Origin: Phycisphaerales bacterium
Lineage (GTDB): Bacteria > Planctomycetota > Phycisphaerae > Phycisphaerales > UBA1924
Length of the DNA stretch: 64,000 bases
Assembly (NCBI GenBank): GCA_036751825.1
Contig: DAIOTV010000002.1
Span: forward strand, 966 to 64,965
Direction: 5' to 3'
Shown: positions 42,550 to 52,203 of the stretch, piece by piece
Layout: every line of letters begins with the position of its first letter
Numbering within the stretch: the stretch's first letter is position 1
Notes under the pieces: generated by a model
What the model saw: only the letters and a program-made list of their open reading frames with translations
The model's database searches: none
What the model was told of the DNA's origin: nothing
Translations under genes and position numbers: made by a program

Positions 42550-44139
42550 GTGTTGCTGGAATTGGCGCAAGCCGAACAAACTCAGTCGTTCCCACTGCTC
42601 ACGGTGGCCGTGGCGGTTGTTGTGGGCGCCGTCGTGGGCTTTTTCGTGCACGCGTTGGCGGTCGGTGCCACGCTGGCCAAGGCCCGCGCCGACGCCAAGC
42701 ACGTTCTTGAGACCGCCACGCTGAAGGCGGAAACCGAGGCGAAGGAGCGCGAGCTGGAACTGGAGCGAGAGCTCCGGAAGCGGCGGGATGAACTCGAGAA
42801 GGAGATCGCCGACGGCCGGGCCGAGCTTCGGGAGACGGAACGGCGTCTCGATCGCCGCGAGTCGCAGCTCGACAAGCGCGAGGCGGGGCTCGATCGCGAC
42901 CGCGACCGGCTCGAGGGGCAGATCGCCGAGGCGAAGCAGCGGGCCGAGGCGCTCGAGGCCCAGCAGGCGCAGGTCGAGACCGTGCTCGCCGAGCAGCGGC
43001 AGAAGCTCCTCCAGATCGCCGGGCTGTCGGCGGACGCGGCCCGTGACGAGGTGCTCCACCGCATCGAGGACGAGAGCCGAGCCGACGCCGCGAAGATCAT
43101 CCAGCGCGTGAACGAGGAAATGGAGGCTTCCTCTCGCGAGCGCGCAACGGAGATCCTCTCGGTCGCGGTGCAGCGCTACGCGGCGGAGGTCATCAGCGAG
43201 AGCACCGTTCGTTCCGTGGCGATCCCGTCTGACGACATGAAGGGACGGATCATCGGGCGCGAGGGCCGAAACATCCGCGCGATCGAGAAGGCCACGGGAG
43301 TGGACATCATCGTCGACGACACGCCCGGCGTGATCGTGGTCAGCTGCTTCGACAAGATCCGACAGGCCGTCGCCGTCGAATCGCTCGAGCGGCTGATCAA
43401 GGACGGCCGGATGCACCCCACGCGCATCGAAGAGGTCGTGGAAAAAGTCCAGTCCGAGATCGGGGAGCGCGTGGTCAAGGCCGGCAAGGAGGCCGCCCTC
43501 GAGGTCAACCTCCGCGGGCTGCACCCGAAGATCGTCGAGGCCATGGGCAAGCTGCACTTCCGCTCGAGCTACGGCCAGAACGTGCTCCGGCACTCGATCG
43601 AGGTTGCCTTCTTCAGCCAGATCATCGCGGACCAGATCGGGCTCGACGGCGAGATCGCCCGCCGAGCCGGCTTCCTGCACGACATCGGCAAGGCCATGGA
43701 CCACGAGCAGGAGGGCACCCACCCACAGATCGGCATGGCCTTCGCCAAGCAGCACGGCGAGAAGGAGCCCGTGCTCAACGTCATCGGGGGCCACCACGGC
43801 GATATCCCCGCGACCAGTTTCTACACGCCCGTTGTCATGGCCGCCGACGCCATCAGCTCCGCCCGCCCGGGCGCCCGCCGCGAGTCGATGGAGCGGTACA
43901 TCCAGCGGCTCAACGATCTTCAGGACATCGCCAGGGCCGAGAAGGGCGTCGAGGAGGCCTTCGCCGTGCAGGCCGGCCGCGAGGTGCGGGTGATGGTCGA
44001 CGCGGGCTCGACCAGCGACGAAGAGGCTCACATGATCGCTTCGCGAATCGCCAAGCGGGTCAGCGACGAAATGACCTTCCCCGGCGAGATCCGCGTCACC
44101 GTGCTGCGAGAGACCCGTGCGATCGAGTACGCCCGTTGA
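42550..44139 (+). CDS. rny: Ribonuclease Y
   Basis: N-terminal TM, long Glu/Arg coiled coil, KH motif GRIIGREGRNIRAIE and HD motif FLHDIGKA. GTG start with AGGAG upstream. Confidence 0.95.
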   Translation: MLLELAQAEQTQSFPLLTVAVAVVVGAVVGFFVHALAVGATLAKARADAKHVLETATLKAETEAKERELELERELRKRRDELEKEIADGRAELRETERRLDRRESQLDKREAGLDRDRDRLEGQIAEAKQRAEALEAQQAQVETVLAEQRQKLLQIAGLSADAARDEVLHRIEDESRADAAKIIQRVNEEMEASSRERATEILSVAVQRYAAEVISESTVRSVAIPSDDMKGRIIGREGRNIRAIEKATGVDIIVDDTPGVIVVSCFDKIRQAVAVESLERLIKDGRMHPTRIEEVVEKVQSEIGERVVKAGKEAALEVNLRGLHPKIVEAMGKLHFRSSYGQNVLRHSIEVAFFSQIIADQIGLDGEIARRAGFLHDIGKAMDHEQEGTHPQIGMAFAKQHGEKEPVLNVIGGHHGDIPATSFYTPVVMAADAISSARPGARRESMERYIQRLNDLQDIARAEKGVEEAFAVQAGREVRVMVDAGSTSDEEAHMIASRIAKRVSDEMTFPGEIRVTVLRETRAIEYAR

Positions 44140-45049
44140 ACCGAAACAGTCCACCGGCCGAGCCGCCTCGGTCGTGCGCCGCTGGCTGCTGCTCGCGGCG
44201 ATGACCCTGGTCGCCGGGTGTGCCGGACGCGTCACGCACGCCGTCGAATCGGCGACGTTCTACGTCCCGTCACGTGCCCCGTTCACGACTCCCCCGATGG
44301 CACGCGACGTCACGATCAATGCGGGGGGACGCGCGACCCTCCACGGCTGGTGGCTCAAAGCGGAACCGCAGGCCGAGCCCCGCGGCACCATCCTGTTCTG
44401 CCACGGTAACGCGGGACGCCTTCCCGACCATCTCGCCTTCGTCGAGCGGCTGCCCTCGCTCGGCTACGACGTGTTTATGTTCGACTACCGCGGCTACGGG
44501 CGGTCGAGCCGAGTTGGTCAGATCAACCGGTATTCGCTGCTCCGAGACGCACGCGCGGCCCACGACCACCTGCTCGCGACAGGCGTTGACCGCGATCGGC
44601 CCGTTGTCCTGCTCGGACACAGCATGGGCGCGGCGATCGGCGTCGCGCTCGCCGCCGAAAGGCCCGACGCCTTCGACGGCGTGGTGCTCGTCGCCCCGTT
44701 CTCGTCGTTTTCCCGGGTTGCCTCCGATTTCGCCGGCCCGCTCGGCTGGCTGCTCATTCCCCGCGGGCTCGCCCCCGAGCAAAACGCGGCAGACATCGGC
44801 GAAACGCCGCTGTTGCTCATCCACGGCGGGAAGGACCGCGTGGTCCGACCCTACCACTCGGAGCGCGTCGCAGACGCCGCGCGCAACGCCGGCGTGCCCA
44901 CGGAGCACATCGTGCTCGACGAGGCGACGCACGTTGACGCCTTCGATCAGCGATTCGGGACGATCGACGCCATCGACGGGTTCATCGCGTCGATTCGCGG
45001 CCGGACGCCCGCTGCCACGACCAGCGAAGACTCGGAGCGAGCGGAGTAA
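44117..45049 (+). CDS. Alpha/beta-hydrolase lipoprotein (S33/BAAT-like)
   Basis: Lipobox LVAGC and nucleophile elbow GHSMGA. Start uncertain (GTG at 44117 or 44174). Confidence 0.8.
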   Translation: MRSSTPVEPKQSTGRAASVVRRWLLLAAMTLVAGCAGRVTHAVESATFYVPSRAPFTTPPMARDVTINAGGRATLHGWWLKAEPQAEPRGTILFCHGNAGRLPDHLAFVERLPSLGYDVFMFDYRGYGRSSRVGQINRYSLLRDARAAHDHLLATGVDRDRPVVLLGHSMGAAIGVALAAERPDAFDGVVLVAPFSSFSRVASDFAGPLGWLLIPRGLAPEQNAADIGETPLLLIHGGKDRVVRPYHSERVADAARNAGVPTEHIVLDEATHVDAFDQRFGTIDAIDGFIASIRGRTPAATTSEDSERAE

Positions 45050-45959
45050 CGCTCGCACGCTGGATCAGGTCGTCGGCGAGCCCTTCCATCGCCAGGCGCT
45101 GCGAGCGCTCGCGGATGGACGCCTCCAGCTCGCCGCGCACATCTTCAAGCGCCGTGCCGTCCGCGGGGATGTCGGCCTCGACCAGCACGATCGCGAATCC
45201 CTCGTTGAGCGCGACGATGTCTCCGACGGTTCCGGGCTCCACGCGAAGCACTTCTCGTCGCAAGACGTCCGACAGCCCCGGGTCGGCCGCGCTGACCTCG
45301 CCGAGCAGGCCGCCGATCCCTGCGGTCCGGTCGAGCGACCGGGCGGCCGCGACCTCGGCGAATGCGGCGCTCGCACCGACGCTCGACGCCCGTTCGAGGA
45401 TGGCCGCCCTGGCCGCGGCAGCTTCACGCGCCGAGCCGAGCAACGCAAGCCGGACGCGCCGCTTGGGGCCATGACGCACGGCGTAGGCGGTTCGCACGGC
45501 TTCCGCCGTCGCTTCGGGCGGCTGGTCGATGAGTTTGCGCAGGCCGGCGTTCCGTCGCAGCAGCGCGGGGAGGCGGTGGGGGCCGAGCTGGCGAGCGTCG
45601 AAGATCTGCCGGACGATCTCCTGCCCCTGTTCGTCGCTGCCGTAGGAGGCCGTCAGCCGTTCTCGTTCGCGTTCGATGTCGGCGTCCGTGACCGCAAGGC
45701 CGCGCCGCCCGAGTTCGCGTTCGATCTCGGCGTCCAGCGCGAGCTCTCGCAGCGCCAGGTCGCCGGCGAGTTCGGCGAGCGCGGGAAAGAGCGCATCGCG
45801 ATCGACCGGTTCGCCGCCCACGATCGCGGCCGGTGATTCCGTCGTCGAAACAGGCTTTCCGCCGCCCTCGAGCCCAGAGGTGGGATTCCACCCCGACCCG
45901 CCGCACCCGGCCGCGAGGGCGACCACCAAAAGCAGTGGAAGCGAGGTTTGTCTGTGCAT
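44982..45959 (-). CDS. Parvulin/PpiC-type peptidyl-prolyl isomerase-like lipoprotein (SurA/PrsA-like)
   Basis: Start MHRQTSLPLLLVVALAAGC (lipobox). Parvulin-like segment FAEVAAARSLDRTAGIGGLLGEVS...GDIVALNEGFAIVLVE. The remainder of ORF 44982..47042 is rejected. Confidence 0.65.
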   Translation of the reverse strand: MHRQTSLPLLLVVALAAGCGGSGWNPTSGLEGGGKPVSTTESPAAIVGGEPVDRDALFPALAELAGDLALRELALDAEIERELGRRGLAVTDADIERERERLTASYGSDEQGQEIVRQIFDARQLGPHRLPALLRRNAGLRKLIDQPPEATAEAVRTAYAVRHGPKRRVRLALLGSAREAAAARAAILERASSVGASAAFAEVAAARSLDRTAGIGGLLGEVSAADPGLSDVLRREVLRVEPGTVGDIVALNEGFAIVLVEADIPADGTALEDVRGELEASIRERSQRLAMEGLADDLIQRASVTPLAPSLRWSWQRASGRESTR

Positions 45960-46133
45960 TCCTGTCTCGTTCTGCCGGGGATTCCGCATAGACTGCATGA
46001 GAGCGCTCCCTCGTTGCACCGTCAACCGTCCGGAGGGCTTCAGGAGTGAGCGCTGATCGGTACAAGACCTGACCAACCTGGCGGGATGGGCGCTCGGCCG
46101 CCGCAGGGCCGACAGCCGGGTCAGCCGGGTGTC

Positions 46134-47261
46134 ATGGTGCTGTGCACCTACTGCGGCTCGCTCTCGATCAGCACCAACAAGTGCTCCAACTGCGGGGGCC
46201 ATTTCGATCTGCTCAGCCGGCAGCGGACGCAGAACGGCATGGGGCCGTGGTTCATCCGCGACCAGGTCAATCCTTTCCATCCAGGCTGCTCCTACGAGAC
46301 TCTTCGCCGGCTCGTTGCCCGGGGCCGGGTCCGCCCGGACACGGTGATGCGAGGGCCGACCACCCGCCAGTTCTGGAGCTTCGCCCGCAACACGCCGGGG
46401 GTCGCGCACTTGCTCGGCGCTTGCCACGCGTGCCACACGCCCGTGGACTCCCAGGCCGTCTCGTGCCCGAGCTGCAACGCGTCGTTCATCGTGGTCAGCG
46501 ATCGGCAGCAGCTCGGACTGGCACCGATCCAGATGCTGCCGGGCGAGGCCGACCCCTCGGCGGTCGCCGACGCGGCCTTTGGCACGGTCACGCCCGCTCC
46601 CGGCCCCGCGCCTCGGGCGACAGACCCGCTGCCGGCCCTGACCGGTGCCGACGATCTCTCCGAGACGACCTCGCAGGCATCGCCCGTCAGGCAATCGCCC
46701 ATTCGGCCCGCACGCCGACGCTCGGCGGGGCCCATGGTCGCGGTCGCAGCCTCGGTGGCATGCGCGGTCATCGCCCTGACGGCGGTGGTCTACATGAACC
46801 GCAGCGACGGCACCCCAGGCTCGGTCGAAGCCTCTGAAAGCATCGCCGGTCCGATCCCGACCGCGCCGGAAACAGCCGATCGGCGATCCGACCGCCAGCG
46901 GGCTCCCGCTCTCGGAAGCGCGGTGCTTGATTCGGCATCTGATTCTCCAGATCAGGTGGACGAAGACGCGGCGACGCTGCTCGACGAGAGCCCTCAGCCC
47001 GCGAGCGAGAGCCGCGGCGAAACGCTCGCGCCAACGGATCAAGAAACGGAGGAGCGGGTCGCTTCAACGGATCCGGCCACCGAAACCACGCCGCCGCAGG
47101 CCGATCTGGGGCTCGAAGCGGCGGTCGTCGGCGCTCTCTCGGCCTCCGAACTTGTCGAAGCCAGGGCCGTCTGGGCCGCTGACGGGCGAAAATCGCTGGT
47201 CGCGGCGGCGGATCGCCGGGCCCAGCAGCTGCGTCTTCGGGCCAGCTTTGCCCCCGACTAG
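46134..47261 (+). CDS. Hypothetical protein: zinc ribbon, GYF_2-like domain, second zinc ribbon, Pro-rich linker, TM and acidic tail
   Basis: CTYC...CSNC and CHAC...CPSC pairs flank GPWFIRDQ...YETLRRLVARGRVRPDTVM...WSFARNTPGV. TM MVAVAASVACAVIALTAVVYM. Confidence 0.55.
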   Translation: MVLCTYCGSLSISTNKCSNCGGHFDLLSRQRTQNGMGPWFIRDQVNPFHPGCSYETLRRLVARGRVRPDTVMRGPTTRQFWSFARNTPGVAHLLGACHACHTPVDSQAVSCPSCNASFIVVSDRQQLGLAPIQMLPGEADPSAVADAAFGTVTPAPGPAPRATDPLPALTGADDLSETTSQASPVRQSPIRPARRRSAGPMVAVAASVACAVIALTAVVYMNRSDGTPGSVEASESIAGPIPTAPETADRRSDRQRAPALGSAVLDSASDSPDQVDEDAATLLDESPQPASESRGETLAPTDQETEERVASTDPATETTPPQADLGLEAAVVGALSASELVEARAVWAADGRKSLVAAADRRAQQLRLRASFAPD

Positions 47262-47392
47262 CCTATTTTGCCCGAAGTGGTGATTTACTCGGCAATCCCC
47301 CCTTGCGGGTTTGTCGTTTCCCGTGTAGATTGTTGAATCACGCGGGCGGGTTCTCCGTCCGAGCACTGGTCTCGTGGCTGGAGGTTGTTGTC

Positions 47393-48508
47393 ATGGCGGA
47401 CCGTCGTCGTCGTCCTAGCGGTTTTACGCTCATTGAGCTGCTTGTGGTGATCTCGATTATCGCGCTGCTGATCGGCATTCTGTTGCCGGCGCTGGGGCAG
47501 GCTCGCGTTTCGGCTCGGAAGGCCGTGACGATGGCAAACCTCCGCTCGGTGGGCCAGACAGCCATCGGGTACGGGGCGGATTACGACAACCTGATCCCGA
47601 CGTTCCAGTACAAGCCGGGCGAATTGCCGCAGCACTCCAAGCAGAACCGCGATCTTGCTCTGGCGGTTGCGGCCCTGAACCCCAACAACTACAACAACTG
47701 GGTTGCAGCTGCAAAGTACCAGCAAATGATGTACTTCCGTGATGCGATCCCGCGTGAGGACTGGCCCGACTCGCCCATCCCGAACCACACGCCGTTCCCG
47801 CTGTACTCGCACATTGTCGCGAACGTGCACGCCGAGATCCCGCTGCCTTCGTCGCACAACGTGTCCCCCGGTGACCGTGTTCGCCAGGCTTGGCTTGACG
47901 ATCCGAAGGAGTTCTTGGACGCGGAACTCGCCGGCTCGGGCGGGCACACGTTCGAACCTCCCGCAGGACCTGGTCGGTTCCGCTGGCTCTTCAGTTCGAG
48001 CTTCACGATCACCTCGGCGGCTCTGTCAAATGATGTGGGATCTCCGAACCAGGACTACACCGTCAACGCAAAGCTCACTTCGAATGGGTGGCGGGTTGCC
48101 GGGCGGTTCGGTGGCCAGGGCACGCGGCGGTTTGAGGAGGTACGCAGCCCCTCGAACAAGGTCTTCTACTACAACCCGTACGACGAGTTCAGCGGCAACC
48201 AGACCATCTACATGGGCTTCGAGAACGCCAACATTCCGATCTTGGCCTTCGACGGAAGTGCGCAGTTTATCGATGCCAAGAACATGAACCGCGGCTGGCA
48301 CTCGAACAACCCGGCATTCGCAAACTGGGAGAACGTCACGCACAACTTCGAGGCTGACCCGGTGTTTGACACGAGCAACACGCCCAGCACTTCGAGGCTT
48401 CCCTTCCGCTGCGAGAACACGCGGTGGGGCCTCCGAGGTGTCGACTTCGGTGGTGAGCCCATCATCGATACCAAGGGAGCACAGGCTTACCTCGACAAGC
48501 TCCAGTGA
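47393..48508 (+). CDS. DUF1559-type prepilin-like protein (N-terminal methylation domain)
   Basis: SG/FTLIELLVVISIIALLIGILLPALGQAR and C-terminal NIPILAFDGSAQFID. GGAGG upstream. Confidence 0.85.
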   Translation: MADRRRRPSGFTLIELLVVISIIALLIGILLPALGQARVSARKAVTMANLRSVGQTAIGYGADYDNLIPTFQYKPGELPQHSKQNRDLALAVAALNPNNYNNWVAAAKYQQMMYFRDAIPREDWPDSPIPNHTPFPLYSHIVANVHAEIPLPSSHNVSPGDRVRQAWLDDPKEFLDAELAGSGGHTFEPPAGPGRFRWLFSSSFTITSAALSNDVGSPNQDYTVNAKLTSNGWRVAGRFGGQGTRRFEEVRSPSNKVFYYNPYDEFSGNQTIYMGFENANIPILAFDGSAQFIDAKNMNRGWHSNNPAFANWENVTHNFEADPVFDTSNTPSTSRLPFRCENTRWGLRGVDFGGEPIIDTKGAQAYLDKLQ

Positions 48509-48547
48509 GCGTCGGATACACGGGTTCTCCCCGGTCTATCGTCGGCC

Positions 48548-49636
48548 ATGAGCAGAGCCATCAATTTCTCCGCCGGTCCCGGTGTGATCCCTGAGCCCGT
48601 TCTTGAGCAGGCGAAGAGGGATCTGTGGGACCTCTACGGGACCGGCATCGGCATCCTTGAGCACAGCCACCGCGGCAAGGAATTCGACCGCGTCCTGGCC
48701 GAGGCCGAGGCCGACTGCAGGGCCGTGGGCGCCATCCCCGACAACTACCGCGTGCTGTTCCTGCAGGGCGGCGCGACGACCCAGGCGTACCAGGTGCCCA
48801 TGGCGTTCCTGCCCGAGGGCGGCACGGCCGACTACTTCCACACCGGCAAGTGGGCCACCGAGGCCATCCACGAGGCCAAGCGGTACGGAACCGTTCACAT
48901 CGCCGCCGGCTCCGAGGCCACCCGTTTCGATCGCATCCCCGACGACAGCGAGGTGCGCTACTCGGCCAGCCCGGCCTATGTGCAGTTCACCAGCAACAAC
49001 ACGCTGATGGGCAACCAGTGGCACCGCATGCCGCCCGCGCCGCCCCGCGACGCGTGGTTCGTGTGCGACGCGTCGAGCGACATCTTCAGCCGGCCGATCG
49101 ATGTCACGCGGTACGGGTTCATCTACGCGGGCGGACAGAAGAACCTCGGCCCCGCCGGAACGGTGCTGGTCATCGTGCGCGACGATGTGCTGGAGCGACA
49201 GGTCCGTGAATTGCCCTGGATGCTCGACTACAAGCTGCAGGCCCAGAAGGAAAGCCGCTTCAACACGCCGCCCACATTCGGGATCTACCTCATGGGGCAG
49301 ACCTTCAAGTGGATCCTCGCCGAGGGCGGTCTGGAGGGGATGCAGCGTCGCAACGAGGCGAAGGCCAAGATCGTCTACGACGCGCTCGACGCGTCGGGGT
49401 TCTACCGCCCGCACGCGCGGCAGCAGGACCGGTCGCTGATGAACATCACGTTCTACACGCCGTCGCCCGAGCTCGACGCGAGGTTTGTCGAAGAGGCCGA
49501 GGCCGCCGGCCTGAAGAACCTGAAGGGGCACCGCGATGTCGGCGGCATGCGGGCGAGCATGTACAACGCGTTCCCTCACGCCGGAGCCGAGGCGCTCGCG
49601 TCGTTCCTGAAGGACTTCGAAGCCCGGCACGGCTGA
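48548..49636 (+). CDS. serC: 3-phosphoserine aminotransferase
   Basis: INFSAGPGVIPEPVL, EHSHRGKEF and GGQKNLGPAG motifs. Confidence 0.95.
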   Translation: MSRAINFSAGPGVIPEPVLEQAKRDLWDLYGTGIGILEHSHRGKEFDRVLAEAEADCRAVGAIPDNYRVLFLQGGATTQAYQVPMAFLPEGGTADYFHTGKWATEAIHEAKRYGTVHIAAGSEATRFDRIPDDSEVRYSASPAYVQFTSNNTLMGNQWHRMPPAPPRDAWFVCDASSDIFSRPIDVTRYGFIYAGGQKNLGPAGTVLVIVRDDVLERQVRELPWMLDYKLQAQKESRFNTPPTFGIYLMGQTFKWILAEGGLEGMQRRNEAKAKIVYDALDASGFYRPHARQQDRSLMNITFYTPSPELDARFVEEAEAAGLKNLKGHRDVGGMRASMYNAFPHAGAEALASFLKDFEARHG

Positions 49637-49645
49637 GCCGGCGCA

Positions 49646-50647
49646 TCACAGGCGATCAAGCACGGCCCGCTCGACCTCGTCGACCGTGATCCGCTCCATG
49701 AGCGCCCGGCCGGCGGCGGCGTCCTTGTGCGAGACCGGCGTCTCAGGGTCGGCATGCTGGAGCACATCCGCTTCGCGGCGGTACGGGCCGACAAGGGATG
49801 TGTCCGTCGGGCCGAACAGCGCGACGACCGGCTTGCTGAAGCCGACAGCGATGTGGAGCGCGGCCGAGTCGTTGGCGACCACGAGCGCGGCCCGCTCGAT
49901 GATGCCCATCAACGCGCCCACCGTTGTCTTGCCGACACGGTCGATCGTCGGCAGCGATTCATCGCTGAGCAGCGGGAGGCACTGCTCCCGTTCGCCCGGG
50001 CCGCCGACCACAACGAACGGTCCAAGACCCCGCGCGTGCAGACGATGGGCCAGATCGCGGAAGCGTTCGATCGGCCACTGCTTGCCGGGCCAGATGCTGG
50101 TGGGTGCGAGCACGATGGGGCGCAAACCGACGCTGCCGTCCGCCTCACAGCCCGCAGGTGTCCGCAGCGTCATGTCGGTGTGTGCGGGGACTCCGAGCGG
50201 GCCGAGCAGCGACAGCATGCGGTCGACGGTGTGCCTGGCTTCGCCGCGGGGGACCCGGTGGGTGAGCGCGGCCCAGCCGAGTTCGCGTGCGTCGCTGTGG
50301 CCGACGCGGATCGGCGCCGTCGACACGATCGCGAACGCCGCGGAACGAGCGAGTCCCTGCGCATCGATCGCGATGTCGTACCGTCGCGAGCGGAGCCGCG
50401 ACGTCAGCCGAAGCAGCGGCCGCGGATCCCCGCGCGACAGCGAACCGCCGATGGCCTTGCGATCGAACCCGATCGCCTCGTTCACGGCCGGGTGGGCGCG
50501 GACGGCGTCGGCGAACGCGGTGTTGACGACCCAGTCGATCGTCGCGTCCGGCCAGTGGCGTTTCAGGCTCGCGGCGAGGGGCACCGATCGGCACACATCG
50601 CCCAGCGCGCTGGGGCGCACGATCAAGATGCGTTTCGGCGGTCTCAT
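49646..50647 (-). CDS. Glycosyltransferase family 9 (heptosyltransferase-like)
   Basis: ILIVRPSALGDVCRSVP N-terminus and C-terminal VANDSAALHIAVG. Confidence 0.85.
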   Translation of the reverse strand: MRPPKRILIVRPSALGDVCRSVPLAASLKRHWPDATIDWVVNTAFADAVRAHPAVNEAIGFDRKAIGGSLSRGDPRPLLRLTSRLRSRRYDIAIDAQGLARSAAFAIVSTAPIRVGHSDARELGWAALTHRVPRGEARHTVDRMLSLLGPLGVPAHTDMTLRTPAGCEADGSVGLRPIVLAPTSIWPGKQWPIERFRDLAHRLHARGLGPFVVVGGPGEREQCLPLLSDESLPTIDRVGKTTVGALMGIIERAALVVANDSAALHIAVGFSKPVVALFGPTDTSLVGPYRREADVLQHADPETPVSHKDAAAGRALMERITVDEVERAVLDRL

Positions 50648-50678
50648 CGCGCCGTCAGTGCCGGGGGCGCACCGAAAC

Positions 50679-51506
50679 TCAAGCGGTCGCCGCCTGCGAT
50701 GCGGGATAGGTGCTCGAGGTGCGGTCGGTTTCCCACACCGTGACCTGATGGAGCGTTGCCCCTCGTTCCCGCACGGCGTCCGCGAGGATGTCGTACACGA
50801 CCTTGGCGATGTTCTCGACGCTCGGCATCACGCCGTTGGGCCCGAACTCGTCGGTGTCGACGTTCAGGTGGGTGTGGTCGAAACGCTCGATGACGAGCGT
50901 GTCGCAGAGCTCTTCGAGGTCAGCGAGGCCGAAGCGAGGGTGCGACCCGTCGAGCGCGATCGCTACGGCGGCCTCCACGCGGTAGTTGTGCCCGTGGCCC
51001 GAGGGGTTGTTGCACTTGCCGAACACCCGTCGGTTCTCTTCGTCGGTGAGCTGCGGCGTGTGCAGGCGATGGGCGGCGGCGAAATCGAACTGCTGCCGCA
51101 GGATGGCGTGTCCGGGGTCGTGCATGCGGAACTCCAGGCTGTAGGTGGGCGACAGACGCCACAACACGCTCCGAAGACGAGCGGTGAGGGCATCGGCGAG
51201 CGCTTCGGCCAGGTCCGGCAAGAGTGATGCGGGGTGCGAGGTCGGGTCAGTGAGGAACCGCTCGCTGACCATCCGAAGCGCGGTGGAACGAGCCGACCGA
51301 TCGATGTCCTTGATGTTGATGAGATAGCCGGTGTCCGGATCAGGTTCTCCGAAACAGGTGACGGTGATCTCGTAATGGGCGCCGAGCCCGTCGAGTCGCG
51401 GGCTGCCCCCGAACCCGTTCCGGTGCGCGTGGTCCCCGTTCGGCTGCCCCGCGCCCACCGCGAAGCGGATCGTGCGAGAGAGTTCTACCATCGTGCTGCG
51501 TTCCAT
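50679..51506 (-). CDS. 6-pyruvoyl-tetrahydropterin/6-carboxytetrahydropterin synthase family protein (double-length)
   Basis: CNNPSGHGHNYRVE zinc/catalytic motif in the C-terminal half. The length suggests an internal duplication. Confidence 0.8.
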   Translation of the reverse strand: MERSTMVELSRTIRFAVGAGQPNGDHAHRNGFGGSPRLDGLGAHYEITVTCFGEPDPDTGYLINIKDIDRSARSTALRMVSERFLTDPTSHPASLLPDLAEALADALTARLRSVLWRLSPTYSLEFRMHDPGHAILRQQFDFAAAHRLHTPQLTDEENRRVFGKCNNPSGHGHNYRVEAAVAIALDGSHPRFGLADLEELCDTLVIERFDHTHLNVDTDEFGPNGVMPSVENIAKVVYDILADAVRERGATLHQVTVWETDRTSSTYPASQAATA

Positions 51507-51554
51507 CAGACCAGTGTATGGATGCTGCTCAGCACACGAATTCCGGAGACCGCC

Positions 51555-52145
51555 ATGGGACCGATCGCTTCAACAATCGTGGCCGCCTGGCTCGCGCTGG
51601 CCTCCGCGGGAGCCCCGACGGTGACCGGCGACGACCTTGTGCTCGACCACGAAGCGACCCGGAGCGACGGCACGCCCGTCCGGCTCGATGAGGCCTACGG
51701 GGGCAAGGTCGTCCTCGTCGTCAACACCGCCAGCCGCTGCGGGTTCACCCGGCAGTACGAGGGGCTCCAGAAGCTGCACGAGGCGTACGTGGACGACGGT
51801 CTTGTCGTGCTCGCGTTTCCGTGCAACGACTTCGGCAACCAGGAGCCCGGGGCGATTGGCGACATCGTGGAGTTCTGCCAGGCGAACTACGGCGTGACGT
51901 TCCCGGTCTTCGACAAGGTCCGCGTGCTCGGCGACGACGCCCACCCCCTGTTTCTCGACCTCAGAAGCCAGCCCGAACCGATCGGCGGCGAGCCCAAGTG
52001 GAACTTCACGAAATATTTAATTAACCGCGAAGGACGTGTCATCGCTCGATTTGGCTCGCGTGTGGAGCCCGATGGCGACGAGTTGACCGCGGCCGTCGAG
52101 GCGGCGCTCGCCGACGCGGCTCCAGATTCTCAGACAGACGGCTAA
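51555..52145 (+). CDS. Glutathione peroxidase (Cys type) with a signal-like N-terminus
   Basis: NTASRCGFT (TGC codon), FPCNDFGNQEP and WNFTKYLI. GGAGA upstream. Confidence 0.9.
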   Translation: MGPIASTIVAAWLALASAGAPTVTGDDLVLDHEATRSDGTPVRLDEAYGGKVVLVVNTASRCGFTRQYEGLQKLHEAYVDDGLVVLAFPCNDFGNQEPGAIGDIVEFCQANYGVTFPVFDKVRVLGDDAHPLFLDLRSQPEPIGGEPKWNFTKYLINREGRVIARFGSRVEPDGDELTAAVEAALADAAPDSQTDG

Positions 52146-52203
52146 GCTGCCGACATGGGCCTTGTCGCGGTCCGACGCGCTGACTTTCTGGAGCTTTGGT
52201 CGC

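Noticed and set aside
42216-42595. ORFs 42216..42521(-) and 42305..42595(-) as genes in the rny upstream gap
   Set aside because: They show no motifs, odd composition and mutual overlap, and they run into the flanking genes. I treat the region as non-coding or leader sequence.
45960-47042. N-terminal extension of about 360 aa on ORF 44982..47042
   Set aside because: The extension is Arg/Gly-rich and overlaps the zinc-ribbon gene on the other strand. A lipoprotein signal peptide (MHRQTSLPLLLVVALAAGC) marks the true start at 45959.
51555-52145. Selenocysteine-type glutathione peroxidase
   Set aside because: The catalytic codon in NTASRCGFT is TGC (Cys), not TGA, and no SECIS-like hairpin is needed.
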